A stretch of DNA of 64,000 nt from the NCBI RefSeq assembly GCF_006345805.1, contig NC_043001.1, forward strand, positions 80,352,001-80,416,000, given 5' to 3'. Made by a program: the position numbers and the translations under genes. Numbering within the stretch: position 1 is the first letter of the stretch; each line of letters opens with the position of its first letter. A model generated the notes under the pieces. It was given only the letters and a program-made list of their open reading frames with translations, had not been told where the DNA came from and made no database searches. The DNA is from Octopus sinensis. Lineage: Eukaryota. Shown here in pieces: positions 53,475-64,000 of the stretch.

Positions 53475-54321
53475 CTATCTCTATCTCTCTCTCTATCTAT
53501 CTATCTATCTATCTATCTCTCTTAGGCCTCTTGATTCCTCGGGGAACGTAAGGTCGCAACAACATCTTCCCAGCGGTCGCGGTTCTGGAGGATCCTCTTC
53601 AGCTCGGCCCATGTCATTCCGGCTGCCCTCACCTCTGCGTCGACACACCTGCGCCAAGACTGTTTTGGTCGGTCCACTTTTCGCTTCCACCGTGGGTTCC
53701 AGTCAATGGCCTGCTTGGTGACATTTGGTGCAGATTGCTTATAGATTAACTTTTTCGCTGGCACAGGAAGTTCAAGGGCAGTAGAGAAGAAATGAGAGAC
53801 GATGAGAGGTATGGGAGGGAAAATGACGTCAGAACATCAGAGCTAGATGAGAAAATTCGTGTGTTTATAAAGGCAATAAGGACCCAGTTTGGAGTTGCTG
53901 AGGTAATTACTCAGAATTATTCATGAAAATCTGAACCATCACAAAATTTTTGCAAAGTTTGTTCCCGGAGTGCTCAGTAAAGAGTATCTTTTTAACCGAC
54001 TACTTGACAGAGATGGACATTAAAACTGTCCATCATCCTCAGTACAGTCCATACCTTGCTTCCTATAACTTTTCGCTGTTACACAAGCAGAAGAAGAAGC
54101 TCAGGGGTAGTTATTTTGAAGATGAAGGAGGTTGTGACAAGGGTCCTGAACACCTTCACTTTAGAGAACTTCATTGGGACCTTTACAATATGATCAGTGC
54201 GCTATATCAAGTGCATTGAAATCAGAGAAGCCTACTTTGAAAGAGATTAGAGTTTTGTACTTCTTTGAAGCTCATAAATGTCTCACCTGAAAAGGTGTGA
54301 AATCTTCTAGAATGCACCTTG
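52909..54321 (+). mobile_element. mariner transposon, deleted and interrupted, both TIRs present
   Basis: TA|cgaggtctattccagaagttttgagactttt and imperfect inverted copy ending 54321; ARYAMKFCVKLGKN, EMRDDER, HHPQYSPYLAS (YSPDLAP-like), KCIEIREAYFE. Confidence 0.88.
53421..53755 (-). mobile_element. RTE-clade LINE 3' end with (GA)/(GATA) tail, nested in the mariner
   Basis: KQAIDWNP..RPKQSWRR..GMTWAELKR..NRDRW..LRSPRNQEA* (stop 53522-24). Confidence 0.9.
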
Positions 54322-55374
54322 TGATTGGTGAAAGAACTAAGTGTTCGTTGCTTCTTAAGTGAACATCATTGGTTTGTGTTTGGTAGATAGAATAGTTAGA
54401 GCATCAGAATAAATTTTCTATCAATCTTCTGACTCTTTATATTCTGAGTTCAAATACCACCGAGGTTAACTTTGCCTTACACCTTTCCCAGTCGATAAAA
54501 TAAAATACCAGTCAAAGACCACAGTCGATACTCTGGACTAAATCCATTTTTTTTTTTTTTAAATCGTTGCCCTTGTGCCTAAATCATAAACCATGAAGAG
54601 CGGTGACCTGCCGAAATCGTTTAAGAGTCGAACAAAATGCATAGCGGCATATACTCTGAACACGGGGAATATTTTGTAAATAGAGTTGTTTATGTTCTTA
54701 CAACAAGACCAACGTTGTGGCAGCGAAGCGAACGATTGCTAGTCTTCATCAAAGGGGTTAGGCTTAAGAAATTGTGAAATGCGTCAAATTATTTTGGTTT
54801 TAGCACGATTTGAGGATGTAGAAATGGCAAGCTGAAGGTTTCGGAATGAAAGTGTGATGTAAAAAATTAGCTGAAAATGTGGAGAGAGTGGGGAGAAGTG
54901 AACTCTAAGAAGAAGATTAGGGAGGGTGTTAAGAATGTTATAGTTTGATAATTAGTATAGAAGGAAGATAAGGATCAATTAAAAAGCTAAGGATAAGGTA
55001 GAGGAAAGGCACTAGATGGAGTCAAGTTTGGAGGAGGGATATTACGATGAGAACGAAGGGGATAAAAAAAAGAAGATATGAGACGGGAGAGTGTGAATTT
55101 ATAGAGTGTACTGGAAATGAAAGCGAATTGGCAAGGCAGATTTCGGTAGAAAGGTCAATATTTTGAAATAAACATAGGCACCTGTGATAAATAATGAAAT
55201 TAGGGATATTGATTATGAAACAAAAAATTGAAATTTAAGGATGTTAAAATTTATAATTTACAAATTTAAATGTTGAAAAATTTATTGCGAGTTATAAGGG
55301 GCAAAACTAATGATAATACCCATGATAAAACAGCAATAACTTTTTCATGTAGTGAAAATTTAATAACATTAATA

Positions 55375-55375
55375 G

Positions 55376-55430
<55 letters not shown>

Positions 55431-55446
55431 TAATAATAATAATAAT
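55375..55446. repeat. (AAT)n array forming the tail/target of the Tx1-like LINE
   Basis: Directly abuts the LINE 3' end. Confidence 0.95.
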
Positions 55447-58230
55447 AGTTTCTTTTATTGGCCACAAGGGCCGAACACAAAACAAACAGGGACGATACAA
55501 TACAAGGGACAAGTGGGATGTTGAACAATGCCGTGTATACAATAAGTAACAAAACAATTAACAAAACAATTAAACATTAAAATTTCCCCAAAACGTGGAA
55601 TTCCTCACAAGGACAACAGAGGGTCTCGACATATTCTGGTTATCCCGACTGCCAGATACACCTCAGCAAGCGCTTCTCTCCTTCTCAAACTCCTAAGTTC
55701 ACAGCATTAGGTATTTTCCCGTTCTGCTGCCACAAGTCTGGTATATGAAAATAAAGTTCGAAAGGCAGACCATCCAACCCTGGAAACTTCTCCCTTGTGT
55801 AGCTCGTCATCGCGTCCCGTATGTCTTCGGCTGTTATCAGCATTTCACAGCACTACGCATCCCTATCCGAAAGGCGCAGCATATCGTCGAGGTAGGAGGT
55901 GAAATTTGTTTCCATCCCCGACACACTGTGCGACCCGAACAGTTCAGCGAAGTGCCGCTGATACTCCGCACACATCTGCTAGAATTCGTGCAGCATACGC
56001 CCATCTCGGCCCATCTAAGACCGAATTATGGCTTTGTTACCACGTTGCACCTCTGCCAACCGGGGCCTATCGAACGGCTTTTGTTCCCTCATGTCTCAGA
56101 GCACGCACCCTATCTCTGACAAGGCAACCTCCGTGTTTGGCATTGAAGAATAGAACAAGAACCAATCTCACCGCCATCACGTCAGTCGCAATGTCACTCC
56201 TAAGCGCATCATCTAGATTCCTAACTAGCTCTCCCCCTATCCTAGATTCCTCTAAGACTATTTCCTTATTACATCCTACTGCCTCTACTCTAATAGCCCT
56301 TATCAGCGTTACACTCCAACGGCTGTTGACGATTGCAACCCACCAACTTCAGGTAGATGAGCTTGCTAACCCGATTTCTAAATACTTGACACTCTGGGAA
56401 TCACGCGTTCATCTCTAGTATGCGGGGCCCTACCTATGAATCCTATCTAGGTCGACCATGTATATCACAAACTTGTAGTCTGGGTAACCGACGATTTTGA
56501 ACTGTGGACAGCTTATGCTACTTGTATCTGCTGGCCTACAGAATATACTATCTAAATTCGATCTGGAAGACCCGGTGCTGTTTGCCCATGTCCATATCGG
56601 CGCATCCAGAAAATCCAGTTGGTACCTGTCAGCCAATTGAAAACAACTGAGCAGATTTGTGAAGCTTTTGCACCACCCTCTCCTATCGGATAACCCCACC
56701 CTATCCAGGCGTGCATCTAAAATGGCTTTCCAATCGCCCACTAGAACTAAAGAGTGAGATGTCTCTAGGAAAACTTCCAGAAGTCTGAAGAAATCTGGCT
56801 TCTCCGCTCCACTTGAGGCGTACACAGCGACTAGTCTCACAGCACCACCTTCGCTTTACACACATCTAGGACCACCAGCTTACCTTCCGGGTCCAGGAAG
56901 ATCGTTTACCTCGAGATCCATGCTTTTTTAAACAGCATTGCCCCTACCCAGATTCCAGGCCAAATAAGAGATGTGTAGAACTAAAAATCGTCGAAAACGG
57001 GTACCAGATTGCGTGTGTCGGAAATCTTGGTTTCGCTGATGGCTATCACATCTATAGATAGTAACCTGAGGTCGTTGAGCAGATATCCCTGCTTCTAGAG
57101 CAACCCCAGGTCACGAACATCTACACACTCTGATCAATCCCATGTCGAGCGGAAAGAGCTGTGAGAAAAGAAAGAGCGAGATTACTTGCTCCACCGGTGC
57201 TGTTGGCGACCGACTGACCTGGCATCCGATTCTGGCTGTAGGTTCTCTGGAAACTCTTTTAAAAGTCTTTTTGATGCTATTATGTTGGAGGTTCCCACGC
57301 CGTGTGGAAAGACCTCCCAGGTGTTTTTGTATGTTGTTAGTGACATACGCACTCGTAACAGCTCTTCTGGTACTTCAGGGGTACACGTGTCAGCAATTGC
57401 CCCATCTCTCTTAATCTCTTTATTTTGGACTTTAGAGGCCATGAAATCTTTATTTGTTCTCACTAGCACAAAATTCGGGGTCTGAGAATTTAACAGTTCT
57501 TCCGAAAGCTTTCTATTGTGGGGGAGGTGCGGTTGTGGTAGTGTTGGTTGTGCTGGTGGCGCTAGCTTTTGTTGTGTAAGCGGTTGTTGCGCTGGAAGGT
57601 TTGTTGTTTCTGTGACGGCACATTTTGTGTTGGTGTTGAACCGGATGTTTTTGTTCTGCCCTTTCTTTTGTTTTGGCTTTTTTGCTCCTCCAGATCCTCT
57701 TTTCGGGGTGTGTAGAAATCAGAGTCTGTGTTCTCCCTCCTTGATCTCTTCACCACCGGGAGATTATCGCTTTCATTTATTACCACACACGCGAGTACCC
57801 ACTACAAATCTAACTCTGATGATACCTCTTTTATGGTAATCTTCACCGACCTTCTTTCCATATACGTAGGGAAGAGCATAAATTATTGGCTGCAGCAGGC
57901 GGCCACTGATTCTTGAATAGCCAGGGACTCAGTTTTGAATAAAACCTCCACTGCACCGAACTGCTTTGCTCTCGATATATGACCGATGTCCTGCCATATA
58001 TTCTGAAGGGTTCTTTCTATCTGGGCGGTCGTTGCCGTTTCTAGCTGTTTTGATTAACGGCTAATGCAACGGTACGTTACTATTTTTTTGCTGTATTCGA
58101 AATATTTGTCGTGGAGGTATTAATTCAGCTTTTCTACCATCTATTTTCCGATAGTTAGCAGCGTACATTAATTTAGAGGATTATTCCACTAGAAAGAATA
58201 AAAAGAGTCCTTTTGAGGCGACTGCGCTGG
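55447..58230 (-). mobile_element. Tx1/L1-clade LINE with ORF1, APE endonuclease, linker and 3' end; RT core deleted
   Basis: ORF2 ATG 57143 MGLIRV..DVIAISET; RLVAVYA, LVLVGDW, TW..SRSNLD; KFPGLDGLPFELY then a jump near 55700 to the 3' end cccttgtggccaataaaagaaact+(ATT)n. Confidence 0.9.
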
Positions 58231-58914
58231 CGAAAGAAATCCTACTGCTGCTATTGCTGGGTGTGTTTGTAGCCATTTGCGCTGTTACTACCATTACCAC
58301 CACCACCACCACTGGCTCCAACCACTCCGTCACCACCGCTATCATTGCTCCTGTCGCCGACACCTGTGTTGTTGCCTCTGATACTAGCTGTCATTACTGC
58401 TTTCACAGTTCTTGCTGTCACTATTGCCACTATCACCATTGCTTTGCCACTTTCATTACCGCCACTTTTTTTACTGCAGTTATTGTTGTCGTAAACATTT
58501 TTTTCACACCTCATCTCTTCTTTCTTGACAGATTAGGGTATTGCCCCGTTTCTATCACTTTTGTCTCCTCCCCTTATTCTGCATTATTTTTGGTAAGAGA
58601 AGGAAGGGGAGGGAAGTGTTAAGCTGTAGGAAGCCTGATAGGAAAAACTGATTTTTCTTTCACAAGAAAAACTGGTAAGAAACACTGATTTTTCTTTCAA
58701 AATTATTGTTTTTAAAACGCCTCACTGGCGATTTTTTTGGAGGGCCGAAATTTACCTCTTACAGGGTCAAACAACTTCAGAAAAACCAGCAACGGGTTCC
58801 TAAGATTTTCAGTGACAGCTTGGGATTAAAATTCCAAACAAAAACAGCACCAAACTGGTGAACGCAGTAACATTAGTGAGAACTTATTGCGAGCCTACAG
58901 CGAATGATAATTAC

Positions 58915-59133
58915 AATAATGGTTTCAGATTTTTCCACGAAGGCAGCCATTTTGGTGGAGGGTATGAGTCCATTACATCGACCCCAGTTCTGCACTGGTA
59001 CTTGATTTATCGATCTCGAAAGGATGGAAAGCAAAGTTGACCTCGGCAGAATTTGAACTCAGAACGTAAGGACGGCCGAAATACCGCTGAGCATTTCGTC
59101 CAGCGTGCTAACGATTTTGTCAGCTCGCCGCCT
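58915..59133 (-). mobile_element. SINE family A
   Basis: Full copy; (AAT)n 59135-59290 follows the head on +. Confidence 0.88.
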
Positions 59134-59147
59134 TAATAATAATAATC

Positions 59148-59211
<64 letters not shown>

Positions 59212-59249
59212 TAATAATAATAATGATAATAATAATAATAATAATAATG

Positions 59250-59293
<44 letters not shown>

Positions 59294-59307
59294 CAATGCG
59301 CCGGAGT

Positions 59308-59690
59308 GGCGCAGGAGTGGCTGTGTGGTAAGTAGCTTGCTAACCAACCACATGGTTCCATGTTCAATCCCACTGCGTGGCATCTTGGGCAAGTGTCTTC
59401 TGCTATAACCCCGGGCCGACCAATGCCTTGTGAGTGGATTTGGTAGACGGAAACTGAAAGAAGCCTGTCGTATATATGTATATATATATATATGTGTATG
59501 TCTGTGTGTGTGTGTTTGCTCGACAACCGATGCTGGTGTGTTTACGTTCCCGTCACTTAGCGGTTCGGCAAAAGAGACCGATAGAATAAGTACTGAGCTT
59601 ACAAAGAATAAGTCCCGAGGTCGAATTGCTCGACTAAAGGCGGTGCTCCAGCATGGCCGCAGTCAAATGACTGAAACAAGTAAAAGAGTA
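59308..59690 (+). mobile_element. SINE family B, full length
   Basis: Collinear with 38483-38895. Confidence 0.95.
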
Positions 59691-59859
59691 ATGCCCTGAT
59701 GCAGTATCTGATGTCAACTGATTGAAAGTGTTACCATGTATTGTTCTGAAGAGTACTGCCCACATCCTATGAAATACATTGTCAGTTTCAAAATATCTGA
59801 TCCTTTTAATATTCTTTCAAAACTGAAATATTAAAAATTTAACCAAATTTTAGTTCTCC

Positions 59860-60345
59860 TCTCTATCTATCCTATCCTATTTGATCCGATCCGATCTTAT
59901 CCTATCTCTTGACCGTGTGGTTGTTGGGGTATTCTTTTATGACGGCGCAACCAGATTTTGCTCCTTACTTCTCTCGATCTGCTGCTGGTCTCTGTGAATC
60001 AGCGAAATAGAGGTCTGTCCATTCTTTGATGTTACAAGCCCATCTTTTTCCTGGGATGCCTTGCTTTAATCTACCTTCCAATGTATCACGCAACATTGTC
60101 TTTGCTAGGCCAGAGCATCTGGTAACATGGTCATACAATTTCAGTTCCCCTGTCTTTATTATTTCAGCAGATCTTTGTGTGGTCTAATAACCTGGGTTAT
60201 TCTCATCTTTACTTCGTTCTTCGTAGCTTTTTTCCTTATACGAGAGACTTTCCTTTATAATACATCATTGCTAATCATAAGTAACATCCGTAATAAAACG
60301 TCCAACTTGCTGTAACTTGAGATCTCTGGATAACACTTGGAACAG
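59860..60345 (-). mobile_element. RTE-clade LINE 3' remnant with (GATAG)-like tail
   Basis: ISYK...TKNEV..IRPHKDLL..LKLYDHVTRCSGLAKTML..KRWACNIKEWT.L.FA.SQR..DREK. Confidence 0.85.
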
Positions 60346-60392
60346 CTCGTATAAAACAAAACAATAGCGTAAATGCTACTACTACTACAACA

Positions 60393-60433
<41 letters not shown>

Positions 60434-60626
60434 GAAGAAGAAGAAGAAGAAGAAGAAGAAGATTGCCTTTAAGTGGTAACAGGTGTAGATAAGAGTGACT
60501 AGAAAAGGAAAGCTAGTCTAGAACATAGTATGGAGGAAGTGGCTGATGAGGACTGCCAATGGTACTTGAGCTCATAATATTAATATTGTTAGGAATGAAA
60601 TCCATTTTTAGCTCTTTCTGGTTTTC

Positions 60627-60667
<41 letters not shown>

Positions 60668-60711
60668 TCTCTTTCTCTCTCTCTCTTTCTCTCACTCTCA
60701 CTTTCTTTCCT

Positions 60712-61680
60712 GTATCTTTGCATTGTATTTGTGTAACATTCTCCGTTTTTTCCGTCCTTGTTTTCATATACATTCGCTGCTTTCTTCCAAGGAATCTGAT
60801 GCTCATAGCTTAGCTTTTCCTTGGGGCTGGCCAGATTGGAGTAATCTCGAGTATAACCAAATTGCAAAGATGATCTGGAACTCGAATGAGGAAAGAAAAC
60901 TCCGAATGACCCGTCCTTGTTTTCTTTGTATCGTCTGTCTGGATGTTTGTTGCCCTTTTTTGTACCACCTAACTGTCTGGATGTTTTGCGTTCTTGTCCC
61001 ATTTTTGTATTTTTTATATATATAAAAACATAGCGGCGTACGTACACATTGGTCACTTATATGTAAGTATATTTTGTACGACTCTATTATTCTTTCATTT
61101 TTTCATTCTTTCTATCAGCCCTTTCACGCTTACTTCGTTCATTATATTCTTCGTTCTTTCGTTCCCCCTCTCTCACATTTCCTGGTCTTCTCTTCATGCT
61201 CACTTTTCCTCCTCTTTCCCTTCACTGTGTCTCTTTCATTTTTTCTCGCTCCTCCTTAATTCTTCTATCCCTCTGCTTCTACCTTTCTCTCTTCTCACCC
61301 CACGTGACCGGCGTTCACCCAAGCCTGACCTTTCTTTCTTGGTTCGACTACCATCCGTGCAACATCTATATTCTTCCTTGTGTCTGTTAAATCTTATGTC
61401 CCTATCCTAAGGCTTAATTTCCACACAAGCCAGCTTAATTTAATTCGTCCTTAGTCGAAAGACAACTATTGTCATATTCTGTTATTTGCTTTTGTATTTG
61501 TGTAACATTCTCTGTTTTTTTTTATCCTTGTTTAGTATACATTCGCTGCTTTCTTCCAAGGAATCTAATGCTCTTAGCTTAGTTTTTCCTTGGGGCCGGC
61601 CAGATTGGAGCAATCTTGAGTATAACCAGCCGAAATTGCAAAGATAATCTGGAACTCGACTGAAGAAAGAAAACTCCGAG
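60712..61680 (+). repeat. Two copies of an unclassified ~200-300-bp repeat (60712-61020, 61488-61680)
   Basis: catacattcgctgctttcttccaaggaatct.atgctc.tagcttag..tttccttgggg..ggccagattggag shared. Confidence 0.85.
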
Positions 61681-61753
61681 TAACAGGTTTTGTTGAACTT
61701 CTGGTGCTTTTAAATAAAGTATATATATATATATATATCATCACAATGACCTT

Positions 61754-62037
61754 TTTGTGTCCACAGTCTGTGACGCACTATGCCTTTCTTTTGCTAGGCT
61801 CAAATCTCATTTGCGAACCCATGGAAAACGAACCTCCGGCAACTATTCTGCCTATATGTTTGAGCACACCTTTGAATGCAATGAATGACAGAAGGTTTGC
61901 AAATCTAACGGAGGCATTTTAATATCCACAAAGATCAGAACTTATCTGCAGCTCTTGGTGGTCCAAGTCAAATATGCAATCGATGTGAGTGTCTTTTCAG
62001 AACATTGCCTGGTTTAAAAAGCCACATCAGATGTCAT
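61754..62037 (+). pseudogene. Three decayed tandem C2H2-type zinc fingers (probably a LINE C-terminus)
   Basis: FV[S]TVCDALCLSFARLKSHLRTH; FECNE*QKVCKSNGG; CNRCECLFRTLPGLKSHIRCH; TGA at 61886 and a frameshift before finger 3. Confidence 0.7.
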
Positions 62038-62099
62038 GATGGTTCTAAGGCATAGATATAAGAGAGGTAGTCAAACTCTGCATAAGCAGTAGACAACCA

Positions 62100-62137
<38 letters not shown>

Positions 62138-62537
62138 TTTTATTCTGCTATTTTTACTGGCTTCATTTATTTGACTGCGGCCATGCTGGAGCACCACCTT
62201 TAGTCGAACAAATCCGCCCCACAACTTATTCTTTATAAACCTAGTACTTATTATTTCGGTATATTTTGCCGAACCACTAAGTTACACACATAAACACACC
62301 AGCATCGGTTGTCAAGCGGTGTTGGGGGAGACAAACACACACACATATATATATATATATATGTTTGTGCGTGTGTATATGTGTGTGTGTGTATATGTGT
62401 ATGTGTGTGTATGTATATGTGTGTTTGTGTTTGTGTGTCTGTGTTTGTCTCCCCCAACATCACTTGACAACAGATGTTGGTGTGTTTACGTGTGTAACTT
62501 AGCGGTTAGGCAAAATATACCGAAAGAATTTTGTTAA

Positions 62538-62760
62538 AACAAAACTGTCCGACGAACAGGAACGTGAAACTCCGAGTAACAGCTTTTGTTATATTTCTGC
62601 TGCTTTTCAATAAAGTAGATATATATTTAAAAGCAGCAGAAATATAACAAAATCTGTTACTCGGAGTTTCACGTTCCCGTTCGCCGGACAGTTTTGTTAC
62701 CTCTGGTATTTGAGTACTCTTTCTTCCACCTTGTTTCATATGTATGTGCTTACTCCGGTA
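62538..62760 (+). mobile_element. Penelope-type tail element with tail-to-tail inverted duplication
   Basis: Arms 62538-62607 / 62629-62698 (70 bp, 3 mismatches); tail to actccggta then (TA)n. Confidence 0.75.
62545..62582 (+). ncRNA. Type-I hammerhead-like motif (CCGACGA core); inverted, more decayed twin at 62654-62691
   Basis: ctgt-CCGACGA-ACA ggaa CGT-GAAA-CTCCGAG-TA-acag: stem I perfect 4 bp, one stem II mismatch. Confidence 0.6.
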
Positions 62761-63227
62761 TATATATATATATAATATATATATATCTACGATGGGCTTC
62801 TTTCAGTTCCGTCCACTGACAAGGCTTTGGTCAGCCCGAGACTATAGTAGAAGACAGTTGCCCAAGGTACCACGCAGTAAGACTGTACCCGGAACCATAT
62901 GGCTGGTAAACAAGCTACTTTATTTAATCAAATTTGCCATAAAGGCTGTACATAGATTAATGTAGCTTGCGGGCTGGACACGGACATTAATGAGATGAAT
63001 GATAATGCTACAAGGATGATAAGGATGGGAGAGGACGAAAAGCGCCCGCCGACTTTTGCTTCTCTAAAACATTGTTCTTTTTTAAAAAAATATTGAATGA
63101 GGTATTAACCCTCTTACAATTTTTACACTTTATGGACTAAAAAGTCCACCACAATTAAAAACAATTTAATAAGACGATAAACCTATTACATAAATGAGTC
63201 CTTAATAAACTTTCTTGCTTCCTGCAG

Positions 63228-63285
63228 GAATTTCAGCAGCCGCAAGTTGGAGGACCATACACAAGTTCTGTATTCTTCTTGTGTG
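63228..63285 (+). other. Candidate 58-nt exon using a SINE-derived donor
   Basis: tttcttgcttcctgcag acceptor; GTG|GTAAGC donor supplied by an antisense SINE-B head fragment. Confidence 0.15.
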
Positions 63286-63429
63286 GTAAGCAAGCTACTT
63301 ACCACACAGCCACAAAGGGCAAAATTAAGAATGACTCAAGGGCCGAGGGTTTACATATTCATACATATACATCGAAAGAAATAAACTAAAAGTTATCGGC
63401 TCGATTTGCCAGTTTATGTGGCGTATATA

Positions 63430-63603
63430 TAACCCTGAACGGAACCCCTGCCGTCACAAGGCTACTCATATTTGCCAGCTGAGTGAACCGGAGCAACTTG
63501 AAATAAAGTGTTTTGCTCAAGAACACAACACATCGCCTGGCCCATGGAGTTGAAACCACAACCATATGATCATGAGTGCAATACGCAAACCACTAAGCCA
63601 CTC
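63430..63603 (-). mobile_element. SINE family C
   Basis: ctcatatttgccagctgagtg..gcaacttgaaataaagtgttttgctcaagaacacaac..aaccactaagcca. Confidence 0.8.
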
Positions 63604-63648
63604 TCTTCCGCCCATGCATACTTTCACACCTATATATATCATTGTTAT

Positions 63649-63878
63649 GGCGACGAGCTGGCAGAATCGTTAGCACGCCGGGCGAAATGCGTAGCCGTAT
63701 TTCGTCTGCCGCTACGTTCTGAGTTCAAATTCCGCCGAGGTCGACTTTACCTTTCATCCTTTCGGGGTCGATAAATTAAGTACCAGTTTCGCACTGGGGT
63801 CGATATAATCGACTTCATCCGTTTGTCTGTCCTTGTTTGTTCTCTCTGTGTTTAGCCCCTTGTGGGTATAAGGAAATA
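63649..63878 (+). mobile_element. SINE family A with LINE-like tail and 18-bp TSD
   Basis: TSD tatatatatcattgttat at 63631-63648 and 63879-63896. Confidence 0.95.
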
Positions 63879-64000
63879 TATATATATCATTGTTATATAT
63901 TTTATGTCTTTTACGTTTTCGGTCACTAGACTACGGTTATGCTGGTGCTCCATTTTGAGGATGTTTAGTCAAACGAATCGGCCTCAGTACTTATATACTT

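Larger units (their letters stand above)
62135..62915 (-). mobile_element. SINE family B, disrupted by fold-back duplications and a hammerhead element
   Basis: 3' end at 62135-62340, head at 62790-62915. Confidence 0.8.

Noticed and set aside
54780-55200. Possible old LINE endonuclease remnant (purine-rich plus strand)
   Set aside because: No unambiguous GDFN/SDH-type motif readable.
60876-60915. Hammerhead in the unclassified repeat (ctga.ga aagaaaactccgaa)
   Set aside because: Core GAAA, stem III and stem I cannot be assembled.

Overview
AT-rich eukaryotic DNA, very dense in microsatellites and repeats. The SINE families and the (TA)n/(TATG)n/(AAT)n load look like an octopus (coleoid cephalopod) genome; this is an inference from pattern recognition, not a database hit. 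I find no intact or recognisable host gene, no true tRNA/rRNA gene and no CRISPR array, only a few low-confidence candidate exons. Most entries in the ORF track are translated microsatellites. The interpretable content is transposon debris: Dong/R4-type RLE LINEs, Tx1/L1-like, CR1, RTE and Penelope-like elements, Tc1 and mariner, several MITEs, four tRNA-headed SINE families (my labels A-D) and an unclassified ~480-bp TAA-tailed element. Two themes stand out. (1) There are at least six minimal type-I hammerhead-ribozyme-like motifs in Penelope-type tails. One sits downstream of a tRNA-derived Pol III head (a candidate ribozyme-bearing SINE), and a CCGA-core variant family occurs as fold-back inverted pairs. 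(2) (AAT)n arrays appear to be split by strand between two LINE/non-autonomous partnerships: Dong plus the 480-bp element on AAT, and a Tx1-like LINE plus SINE-A (shared 3' end) on ATT. Repeat boundaries are approximate unless TSDs or TIRs are quoted.
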